The notes under the pieces are model-generated. The model was not told where the DNA came from. It saw only the letters and a program-made list of their open reading frames with translations, and made no database searches. A stretch of DNA of 64,000 nt from Candidatus Minthosoma caballi. Lineage in GTDB: Bacteria > Bacteroidota > Bacteroidia > Bacteroidales > Bacteroidaceae. Shown in pieces: positions 28,251-35,499 of the stretch (positions within the stretch are counted from its first letter, which is position 1; each line of letters opens with the position of its first letter). The DNA lies in contig JAGHVC010000024.1 of NCBI GenBank assembly GCA_018064505.1, positions 28,845 to 92,844 of the forward strand, given 5' to 3'. Both the position numbers and the translations under genes were made by a program.

Positions 28251-28281
28251 TTTGCTACTTTTGAAAAAATCAGTAACTTTG
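28251..28281 (+). promoter_or_regulatory. Bacteroides-type promoter (-33 TTTG, -7 TAACTTTG)
   Basis: TTTG at 28251-28254, a 19-nt spacer, then TAACTTTG at 28274-28281. This places the S1 element in the 5' leader of the oxidoreductase gene. Confidence 0.55.
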
Positions 28282-28290
28282 CAGACGGAA

Positions 28291-28380
28291 TCAGGACAAT
28301 GACGAAAACGATGACTCGAGAAATCGTTTAATTGATTATACGATTAATCGGGAAAACGATGACGATAACGACGACTAACG
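28291..28380 (+). promoter_or_regulatory. S-element copy S1 (AT-rich repeat with a TTAATYG palindromic core and hexamer-periodic flanks)
   Basis: GGACAATGACGAAAACGATGACTCGAGAAATCGTTTAATTGATTATACGATTAATCGGGAAAACGATGACGATAACGACGAC. By eye it is near-identical to S3 across the core. It lies between the promoter and the coding start. Confidence 0.7.
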
Positions 28381-29558
28381 ACCAATCAACTTCCACACTC
28401 ATGACAACAGAAGTTCTCATCATAGGCGCTGGCCCTGCTGGCAGTGCGTGTGCAATATCCCTGCAAAAAGCGGGGGTGGACTGCATCGTGGCAGACAAGG
28501 CAGCATTTCCACGCTTCAAGCTGTGCGGCGGACTCATCACCCAGAAAGGGCAAGACTGCCTTCGCGAGGTGCTGGGCAACGACGCCTACGAGCAATGCAT
28601 GGAAGTATGCGTGAGAGGCAGAGAGCAATATTTCGCACTGTGGGATGAATGCAAACGCATAGTGAGAGTGAAGCTCGACAACAACATCGTGCTCATCGAC
28701 CGCCCTACGATGGACAACTGGCTCGTGCAGCACTACAAGTCGCTGGGAGGCAGAATCATGGAGGGCAACGGAGTGAAAAGCATCGACTTTGCCGCCCATG
28801 TGGCAGTGCTCGAATCGGGCGAAGAAGTGAGCTACAAGAAGCTCGTGGCAGCCGACGGAGTGCACAGTCCCGTGGCACACATGCTCGCCGATGCCGACAA
28901 GCGATACAAGCTCAACAAGAAAGGGTGCTTCTGCCTTGAAGTGTTCGTCGATGAGAAAGATTGCGACATTGAGGATGTGAACATCCATTTCAACCTCGTG
29001 CCAAACTTCTACACATGGGCATTCAAGAAAGGCAACCAAGTGGCAATAGGATTGGGCAAGCTGACAACCGACAAGATTGACATCAAAGAAGTGCTGATAG
29101 ACTACATGAAGCGAATGGGAGTGAGACAAGGAGCAGAACAGGCATCTGCCCCCATCCGCGGAGCCGTCATCCCTTCCGAAGTGCGCCAAGCCGAATGGAA
29201 GAGCGCCGATGTGCTGTTTGCTGGCGACGCAGGCGGATTCGTCGAGCTGCTCACCTACGAAGGCATCTACTACGCCATCCGCAGCGGAAGCTATGCAGCC
29301 CAGAGCATCATCAGCGGCACATCCTACACACAACTCGTGCGTCCTATGCACCGCAAGATGCAGTACGGCAGCTTCTTCCAGAAGTTCATCTACTGGAAGC
29401 CATTCCTCAACATCATGTGCAAGTACGGCAGCACACACGGCGCCTTTATAGCCAAATTCTATGCCGACAACATTGACAACATACCATCCAAGCCACTCTG
29501 GAAGCAGATTGCCATTGTGCTGATGAAAACCGTGAGAGTGGCAGTGAAAAGGAAGTGA
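28359..29558 (+). CDS. FAD-dependent oxidoreductase, geranylgeranyl reductase-like family
   Basis: The dinucleotide-binding motif VLIIGAGPAGSACA...VADK is followed by the GGR-family RFKLCGGLIT string. The start is uncertain: TTG 28332 (track), ATG 28359 (context AAAACGATGACGATAA is shared with the SGNH gene start at 33881), or ATG 28401 (MTTEVLIIGAGPAG). Confidence 0.75.
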   Translation: MTITTTNDQSTSTLMTTEVLIIGAGPAGSACAISLQKAGVDCIVADKAAFPRFKLCGGLITQKGQDCLREVLGNDAYEQCMEVCVRGREQYFALWDECKRIVRVKLDNNIVLIDRPTMDNWLVQHYKSLGGRIMEGNGVKSIDFAAHVAVLESGEEVSYKKLVAADGVHSPVAHMLADADKRYKLNKKGCFCLEVFVDEKDCDIEDVNIHFNLVPNFYTWAFKKGNQVAIGLGKLTTDKIDIKEVLIDYMKRMGVRQGAEQASAPIRGAVIPSEVRQAEWKSADVLFAGDAGGFVELLTYEGIYYAIRSGSYAAQSIISGTSYTQLVRPMHRKMQYGSFFQKFIYWKPFLNIMCKYGSTHGAFIAKFYADNIDNIPSKPLWKQIAIVLMKTVRVAVKRK

Positions 29559-29581
29559 AAGAAAAGCAAGAAGCAAGAAAT

Positions 29582-30337
29582 ATGGAAAAAGAAACAGAAC
29601 ATACAACAGCACACACTCCGAGAACTTTGGTCGATGTTCACACCCACACCATAATGTCGGGCCACGCATTCAACACCGTGATGGAGATGATAGCCGCAGC
29701 TCAGGAAAAAGGACTGAAGATATTCGGCATCACCGAGCACGGACCAGGCATACCAGGCACATGCCATCCGCTCTATTTCCGCAACACCCATGTAGTGCCT
29801 CGCCAGTGGGGCGACATGCGCCTGCTGATGGGCGCCGAGATGAACATACTCGACACCAAGGGCACTCTCGACCTCGACGACTTCCACTGCAGCCTACTCG
29901 ACATACGCATTGCCGGCATACATCAGCTGTGCTGGAAAGGAGGCACAATAGAAGAAAACACCGACGGTATGGTAGCAGCCATCCGCAACAAATGGACTCA
30001 CATCATCTCACATCCAGGCGATGGCACAGCCGACCTGCTGTTCGAGCCCATAGTGCTTGCCGCAAAAGAGTCGCACACCCTGCTCGAGATCAACAACAGC
30101 ACATTCAAGCCATCGCGCGGCAAGACAGCCAAGGCACGCCCCCTCAACCTCGAGATTCTCCGTCTCTGCAAGCAATACGAAGTGCCTGTCATTCTCGGCA
30201 GCGATGCCCACATCAGTTTCGACATTGCCCGCTACGACTTCGTCCTCCCCATGCTTGCCGAAACCGAATTCCCCGATGCACTCGTCATGAACGACAAGCC
30301 AGAACTGTTCCTGAAATACCTTAGCATTGACGAATAA
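29582..30337 (+). CDS. PHP-domain phosphatase (YcdX-like)
   Basis: VDVHTHT...GITEHGP...GAEMNI...IAGIH...ISHPG...LEINNS...GSDAH is colinear with E. coli YcdX metal-binding motifs. The track start (GTG 29555) overlaps the upstream stop, so I prefer ATG 29582. Confidence 0.85.
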   Translation: MEKETEHTTAHTPRTLVDVHTHTIMSGHAFNTVMEMIAAAQEKGLKIFGITEHGPGIPGTCHPLYFRNTHVVPRQWGDMRLLMGAEMNILDTKGTLDLDDFHCSLLDIRIAGIHQLCWKGGTIEENTDGMVAAIRNKWTHIISHPGDGTADLLFEPIVLAAKESHTLLEINNSTFKPSRGKTAKARPLNLEILRLCKQYEVPVILGSDAHISFDIARYDFVLPMLAETEFPDALVMNDKPELFLKYLSIDE

Positions 30338-30338
30338 T

Positions 30339-30361
30339 AAAACGATGACTATGACAAATCG
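30339..30361 (+). repeat. Truncated S-element fragment S4
   Basis: AAAACGATGACTATGACAAATCG, compared with AAAACGATGACTCGAGAAATCG in S1. It lies directly after the PHP gene stop. Confidence 0.45.
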
Positions 30362-30702
30362 CCATACGGAACAAAACAAGAAGGAACATCACTATAGTGC
30401 AAAAGAACACAAAATTGTTCTGTTGGGTAACACACGAGTTTGTTCGGATTGAAATTCTATAATTTCTTAAATAGAACGATTTGTGGACACAAAATTAGTC
30501 AGAGCATTATTAATAGAGAATTTTAACTGTTTTTTTTGGGGGGCAAACCTTAACACATCTATTGACTGTTTGGGAAAAATAATTACCAATATGAGAAAAG
30601 TAAGTTTTATCTTTACTGCTTTGTTTCTTTTCCCTATTCATCTCATAGAAATACTTAACATCAAAAAGACTCTTCACCAACTTTGATTTCTCTCCCAAAA
30701 TT

Positions 30703-31228
30703 CCCTTTTTCTACTTCCCCACTTACCCTTTAGGTCATAACCAACAGATAATTAAGGCATTACAAGGGGTAAGTATCCTACTTCACACTTACCCTTTACT
30801 TACCCTGAACCTACCACATGGAGCAAGCTGCAAAGGGTTGCTGTTTTTGTGTTTCTGTTTCGTCGCAATCGAGTTGTTGACAAAACTATGTTTACAGGGG
30901 CTTCAGCATAATGTTGTGACGGCAACTGCGGTAATTTGATTGCGGTTCTTCCGTAATGTTATTCCTGCAACTGCCGTAATGATGTTACGGTTCGTCCGTA
31001 ATTGTTTTACGGAAGTTTCAGGAAAAGTTTTACGGCGGAGGGCTGCATTGTGGAGAATATGAATACAAGGAAATGAGAGCATGAACATCTCTTTTGGGGC
31101 CATATAGGGTAAGTCTGGGGTAAGTAAAGGGTAAGTGTGAAGCAGGACACTTACCCTATGTATTTCATTTATTCTCAATCATTTGCAGCCTAAAGGGTAA
31201 GTGGGGAAGTAGAAACACAGAAAAAGGG
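30703..31228. mobile_element. Inverted-repeat element E2 (about 0.5 kb, MITE-like, no credible ORF)
   Basis: A perfect 27-bp terminal inverted repeat: TTTCTACTTCCCCACTTACCCTTTAGG (30708-30734) and CCTAAAGGGTAAGTGGGGAAGTAGAAA (31189-31215). The imperfect inverted-repeat arms extend to about 115 bp. There are nine GGGTAAGT/ACTTACCC copies. The subterminal hairpins are at 30767-30794 and 31129-31156. Confidence 0.75.
30922..31006 (+). repeat. Tandem ~45-bp direct repeat in the centre of E2, with CCGTAA-N5-TTACGG hairpins
   Basis: GCAACTGCGGTAATTTGATTGCGGTTCTTCCGTAATGTT (30922-30960) and GCAACTGCCGTAATGATGTTACGGTTCGTCCGTAATTGTT (30967-31006). Hairpins CCGTAATGATGTTACGG and CCGTAATTGTTTTACGG are present. 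Confidence 0.7.
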
Positions 31229-31278
31229 TTTCTACGCAAACCTTTGGTGCAGAATGTGAACACCTATATTCCCCCACC

Positions 31279-32865
31279 TTAGAACTGGAAATATATGAAT
31301 GGCTGCACATCGCTGCTCTTTATCTGGATGACAATGAAGATGAGGATGATGAGGATGAGGGCTTTGAGGAGGAGCGGCATCTTGATGATGAGCGACCTGC
31401 TCTTGTCTGTCCATGAGTCGGGAAGCAGGTGGAGCACATAGCCGAGGAGCATGAGGGTGGCTACTGCCCAGTAGGATTCTACCCACTGCATGAACACTTG
31501 GGGCTGGAACTGGGTGAGAATCTGAGTGAACACCTGATTGGCTATGCCGAAGCTCTGGGCACGGAATAGCACCCAGCATGCTGCCACGAGATGGAAGGTG
31601 ATGAGGGTGGAGAGGGCTGTGAGAAGAAGGAGGGGGAATTTACGGTTATGGTTTATGTTATCGCTCACTGACTTCTTGCCTGGCAGGTAGGTGAGAGGGC
31701 TTGCTGCTGGACAGATGCTGTGCCAGATCTTGTCGATGCAGAGGAAGAGGCCATGCAGTCCTCCCCAGAGGATGAAGTTGAGGGATGCGCCGTGCCATAA
31801 GCCTCCGAGGAGCATGGTCATGAGCAGGTTGAAGTACTGACGGAACTTGCCGTGGCGATTGCCTCCCATGCTGATGTAGAGGTAGTCTTTGAGCCACGAT
31901 GAGAGGCTGATGTGCCAGCGACGCCAGAACTCGGTGATGCTGGCGGATTTGTATGGGCTGTCGAAGTTCTTGGGGAACTGGAATCCGAGCAGGAGGGCTA
32001 TGCCTATTGCCATGTCGGAGTAGCCTGAGAAGTCGCAGTAGATTTGCAGGGTGTAGCCATAGACGGCGAGGAGATTTTCCACTCCGCTGTAGAGGTCGGG
32101 CTGGTCGAACACTCGCTCGACGAAGTTGACGCTGATGTAGTCGCTGATGACGGCTTTCTTGAAGAGGCCTGCCATGATGAAGAATACGCCTGAGCCGAAC
32201 ATCTCGTTGCTGATGTGGAGGGGACGGCGTATCTGGGGGATGAAGTCGCGGGCACGAACGATTGGTCCTGCCACGAGCTGGGGAAAGAAGGACACATAGA
32301 AGGCGTAGTCGAGCAAGCGGCTGAGGGGCTTGATGTTGCCTCGATAGACATCTATGGTGTAGCTGAGCGACTGGAATGTGAAAAATGAGATGCCCACGGG
32401 GAGGAATATGTCGCGGGGCTGCCATGCCACGCCTTGGAGGTAGCTTCCTGTGATGGCTGGCGGCACATGGAATCCGTAGCTGGAGAGGATGGTGCAGATG
32501 GTCTCGCCGAGGAAGTTGGTGTATTTGAAGAAGACGAGGAGACCGAGGTCGAGCACGAGAGACAGGAGCACGAGGGTCTTGCCCAGTGCGCCCTTCCCTA
32601 CTCCGCTGAGGGCTTTAGCTATGAAATAGTCGGTGATGGTGACCAAGGCAAGGAGCACGAAGAAGAGTCCGCTGCTTTTGTAGTAGAAGAAGTAGGAGAA
32701 CAGCGTGACGAAGAGTATGCGCAGCGTGTCTGCTTTGCCGAGGAGGCTGTAGATGAGCGAGAAGCCGAGAAACAGGAAGAGGAAGATTCCGCTGATGAAT
32801 ATCATCGGACTATCTGGCTGGTATATGAATTGGTCTATGACCCTTTGAAAATCTATGTCGAACAT
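31279..32865 (-). CDS. MBOAT family O-acyltransferase (AlgI/PatA/DltB-like)
   Basis: 528 aa and polytopic. FWRRWHISLSSWLKDYLYISMGGNRHG and LLGGLWHGAS are the MBOAT signature regions, including the conserved His. Confidence 0.88.
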   Translation of the reverse strand: MFDIDFQRVIDQFIYQPDSPMIFISGIFLFLFLGFSLIYSLLGKADTLRILFVTLFSYFFYYKSSGLFFVLLALVTITDYFIAKALSGVGKGALGKTLVLLSLVLDLGLLVFFKYTNFLGETICTILSSYGFHVPPAITGSYLQGVAWQPRDIFLPVGISFFTFQSLSYTIDVYRGNIKPLSRLLDYAFYVSFFPQLVAGPIVRARDFIPQIRRPLHISNEMFGSGVFFIMAGLFKKAVISDYISVNFVERVFDQPDLYSGVENLLAVYGYTLQIYCDFSGYSDMAIGIALLLGFQFPKNFDSPYKSASITEFWRRWHISLSSWLKDYLYISMGGNRHGKFRQYFNLLMTMLLGGLWHGASLNFILWGGLHGLFLCIDKIWHSICPAASPLTYLPGKKSVSDNINHNRKFPLLLLTALSTLITFHLVAACWVLFRAQSFGIANQVFTQILTQFQPQVFMQWVESYWAVATLMLLGYVLHLLPDSWTDKSRSLIIKMPLLLKALILIILIFIVIQIKSSDVQPFIYFQF

Positions 32866-32890
32866 TTAATGGTGGTTTAATTTCTTTAGT

Positions 32891-32972
32891 TTTGAGCTGT
32901 CATCGTTATCGTTATAGTCACCCCGATTAATCGATTAAACGAATTATCGATTTCTCGAGGCATCGTCTTCGT
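32891..32972 (-). promoter_or_regulatory. S-element copy S2
   Basis: In gene orientation: ACGAAGACGATGCCTCGAGAAATCGATAATTCGTTTAATCGATTAATCGGGGTGACTATAACGATAACGATGACAGC. It lies between the SGNH stop (32973) and the MBOAT start (32865). Confidence 0.7.
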
Positions 32973-33881
32973 TTAAAACCCTTTCATGCTCTTGTATGGT
33001 TTCTTTTCTTGTGGCGTGGAGCCATGCATCATGCGTGTCTGCGAGCCTGAGGTTGGCGTGTTGCTATATGCCTTGAATATGGCTTCGCCGAGCAGTTTGC
33101 CTTGCAGGATGTAGCCTTGGGCTTGATAGTGTATCTGATCCACTGCCATGAGTCCTGCTCCCGACCAGTTGCTTGGGGCTGAGTGCCCTCCTGCGATGGT
33201 GAAGATGTCCCACACGGCATAGCGATTGGAGTGGCAGAAAGAGACGATGCTGCGTGCCACTTTCTCCGTGTTGGCTATGTTTGGCACCTTCGAGGTGGTG
33301 TAGTGCGTTTTCTTGTATCGCCCTTTGCCTGTGGTGTAGCTGCCTGTGCGATTGGTGATGTAGCTGCCAGGTGGCGTGGTGAAGAGGAACGAGACGCCTG
33401 GGCAACGCTCCTTGATGCGCTGGGTGAGCAGCTGCATGGTCTCGGCATGGACACGCTCATCGATGGAGTAGGCATGTGCCTCGTTTGTGCCGAAGGACAA
33501 CACCACGAGGTCGGGATGCTCTGCTGCTACGCGCTGAATCATGTCGTTCTCGTAGAATCGTCTTGCCCATGCTCCGTTGATGCCGTAGTAGGCAAACTCT
33601 ATGCGAGGAAAGTACCCCTCAAGGGTGGAGCCAAGGGTGCGAGGCAGATAGTTGCCACGCACATGGGAGTCGCCGATGTGCATCACCTTCACGGTCTTGC
33701 CTGCCTTGAGCTTCTTGAACACTGGCTGAAGCGAGGAACCGTCGATAAGTTCGTTGCTGTGAGTGTTGCGGAAGCTGGACGGGAAGGGGGTGAAAAGCGA
33801 CTGTGCTTCGACTGTCACCGCGCATAGAATGGTGGCTGTCAAGCACATAAGCTTCAATATATTTCTTTTGTTTATCGTCAT
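32973..33881 (-). CDS. SGNH/GDSL hydrolase-family protein (PatB/Ape-like), secreted
   Basis: 302 aa with signal peptide MTINKRNILKLMCLTATILCAVTVEAQ. SGNH blocks are GDSHV (I), YGINGA (II), FGTNEA (III), and DQIHY (V). Confidence 0.75.
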   Translation of the reverse strand: MTINKRNILKLMCLTATILCAVTVEAQSLFTPFPSSFRNTHSNELIDGSSLQPVFKKLKAGKTVKVMHIGDSHVRGNYLPRTLGSTLEGYFPRIEFAYYGINGAWARRFYENDMIQRVAAEHPDLVVLSFGTNEAHAYSIDERVHAETMQLLTQRIKERCPGVSFLFTTPPGSYITNRTGSYTTGKGRYKKTHYTTSKVPNIANTEKVARSIVSFCHSNRYAVWDIFTIAGGHSAPSNWSGAGLMAVDQIHYQAQGYILQGKLLGEAIFKAYSNTPTSGSQTRMMHGSTPQEKKPYKSMKGF

Positions 33882-33964
33882 CGTTTTTCGTGATTGTCAT
33901 TGTCAACCCGATTAATCGTATATCGATTAAACGATTTCTCAAGTCATTGGACATCGTTATATGC
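33871..33964 (-). promoter_or_regulatory. S-element copy S3
   Basis: In gene orientation: ATAACGATGTCCAATGACTTGAGAAATCGTTTAATCGATATACGATTAATCGGGTTGACAATGACAATCACGAAAAACGATGACGATAAA. The core palindrome is TTAATCG-ATATA-CGATTAA. It fills the whole gap between the 501-aa SGNH gene stop and the 302-aa SGNH gene start. Confidence 0.7.
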
Positions 33965-35470
33965 TCACTTCATTCGATTGTCATAGTTTTCTTTGCCATT
34001 CATCAGCACCTCGAAAAGAAGTTCTGCCAAGTGGCGACCGCCAGCAAAATTGATGTGAGTATAGTCGAGATTCGCCTGCTTGTTCTCCTTCATTCGGGCT
34101 ATGCTGCCATCGCCTCCCATTGCCTCATAGAGATTCCAGAATGCCACATGGTGGTCGCTTGCCATCTTTCGCTCGTAGGATATCAGCTCCTTCACTCCAC
34201 CCATTGTGTGCATCAAGCCGTCGGAACCTTTCTTGTCGCGGTCACCCATGCTGACCACGAGGATGCTTGCTTTTGGATATGCAGCTTTGAGATGGGCTAT
34301 GGCATTGCCAAGGCGCGAGGTGTAGGCACTGTAGTCTTTCTGCTTAGGACCTGCTACATTCAATCCATACTGAATGATGATGAGGTCGTATGGTCGCTCG
34401 TTGGCAAAGCTGCGCATGGTTTCCTGAGGGATTGTCTCGATGAACTGACCGCCACTGCCTCTCATGCTGAAGTTGTCCACTGCCACACCATGACGGCCAT
34501 CGAGGGCTACACCATAGAAACGGGAACCGCTGCCTCCAGACACCGACATGTTGAACTTGCCGATGCGACCTGTCACTGACTTTGACACAAGCACTCCTGC
34601 TGCTTGCTGAGCATGTGACGGCGTGACACGACGACGACGATACACCACTGAGTCTTTTACCGTGGTGTCAATCTCCTCCACATATTCTTCGGCTGGTGCA
34701 GCACCGCCGCCAGAGTAGAGAGTGGAAGAAGGGCCTCCATTGAGAGAGTAGTCGATGTTCAAGCTGCTGCTAGGAGTGAAATACACTGTGGCAACCTCGG
34801 CTGTGTCGAGAAGATTGGCATACACATTATTCTGCCCTCTCAGCTCGAAGGTTGCTGTGCCACCTGGCACAAAATAGCTGCCTGCCATGCCTTGCAGAGA
34901 GTTGCTGAATCCATGGCCTTTTGCATTGGAGTAGTAGCAACTCCAGCCAGAGCGCTTGGCATTTACGGAGCGGCGGAAGCCCGATGAAACACAGTTAATT
35001 TCCACAAAACCAACGCCTTTGCCACCATACTTGCCTTGCAGCATTCCTCTCAAGTCCATAGTGAGGATATCGCCCTCAATGTAAGAGTCGCTGTAGTATG
35101 CCACTCTCACGAGTCGGTTGCGAGCTTGGTCGAGAGCCGAGTAGAACAAGTCCATCTCGCGATTCAATCCCTGAGCATCAGCAAAGTCTTCAATAGCCAC
35201 CATGCCTTTAGGGATGGAATCTACATATTCCAGCCTCTTCACCATCACTGCAGCAGAGTCGATGCCCTGCTCCACAAAGCCATCTATGGAGTCTGCTTTC
35301 ACCTCTGCTATGATCTTGCCATCAGCTGTGCGCTGCTGCACATCGCTAAGAATATTCACACGACGCAAGTCTGTGCCAGCAATGTTGATTCGTGGCAAAT
35401 AGAACAAAGCGAATAGTGCCACAAGCACTATCAGGGTAAGCACGAATGTTTTCCAAACATTATTTTTCAT
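33965..35470 (-). CDS. Membrane-anchored SGNH-like hydrolase/acyltransferase (501 aa)
   Basis: N-terminal TM anchor (WKTFVLTLIVLVALFALFYL). SGNH-like blocks are YYSDSYIEG (I), IIQYGLNVA (III), and DYTHINFAGG (V). Confidence 0.6.
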   Translation of the reverse strand: MKNNVWKTFVLTLIVLVALFALFYLPRINIAGTDLRRVNILSDVQQRTADGKIIAEVKADSIDGFVEQGIDSAAVMVKRLEYVDSIPKGMVAIEDFADAQGLNREMDLFYSALDQARNRLVRVAYYSDSYIEGDILTMDLRGMLQGKYGGKGVGFVEINCVSSGFRRSVNAKRSGWSCYYSNAKGHGFSNSLQGMAGSYFVPGGTATFELRGQNNVYANLLDTAEVATVYFTPSSSLNIDYSLNGGPSSTLYSGGGAAPAEEYVEEIDTTVKDSVVYRRRRVTPSHAQQAAGVLVSKSVTGRIGKFNMSVSGGSGSRFYGVALDGRHGVAVDNFSMRGSGGQFIETIPQETMRSFANERPYDLIIIQYGLNVAGPKQKDYSAYTSRLGNAIAHLKAAYPKASILVVSMGDRDKKGSDGLMHTMGGVKELISYERKMASDHHVAFWNLYEAMGGDGSIARMKENKQANLDYTHINFAGGRHLAELLFEVLMNGKENYDNRMK

Positions 35471-35499
35471 CCTAAAAACAAATTACGAGTTCTAAGTAA

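Noticed and set aside
28386-29669. A 427-aa antisense ORF across the FAD oxidoreductase gene. Similar long off-frame or antisense ORFs include 31658-32425, 33183-33827, 29761-30324 and 26496-26975.
   Set aside because: Their products are low-complexity (H/V/A/R/P-rich) with no motifs. They lie opposite or out of frame to ORFs with clear family signatures. They are shadow ORFs expected in GC-rich, stop-poor DNA.
30903-31178. A 91-aa ORF inside element E2.
   Set aside because: Its sequence (RTNRNIITAVAGITL / RKNRNQITAVAVTTL) is just the translation of the 45-bp tandem repeat and the GGGTAAGT motifs. It has no start context or promoter box.
23943-31228. The possibility that the clustered GGGTAAGT/ACTTACCC repeats represent a CRISPR array.
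   Set aside because: The units are only 8-9 nt, irregularly spaced, present in both orientations in mirrored order, and form terminal inverted repeats. There are no 25-40-nt direct repeats with uniform spacers and no cas genes.
28332-33954. An apparent conserved peptide RLIG-x-T-M/I-T-I-T, encoded downstream of each S-element core (S1 RLIGKTMTITTT, S2 RLIGVTITITMT, S3 RLIGLTMTITKN). It was considered as a Thr/Ile-rich leader peptide or a shared N-terminal extension, and includes the 111-aa ORF at 33619-33954.
   Set aside because: The frame is interrupted by a stop in S1 (GTT TAA TTG). It is out of frame with the real SGNH gene in S3. It ends after 26 codons in S2 without reaching the MBOAT start. 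The 5' half of the element is conserved at DNA level across a 1-nt indel that shifts the frame. The 6-nt periodic ATNACN flanks explain the T-I-T pattern. I still flag the synonymous-looking variation as worth a formal test.
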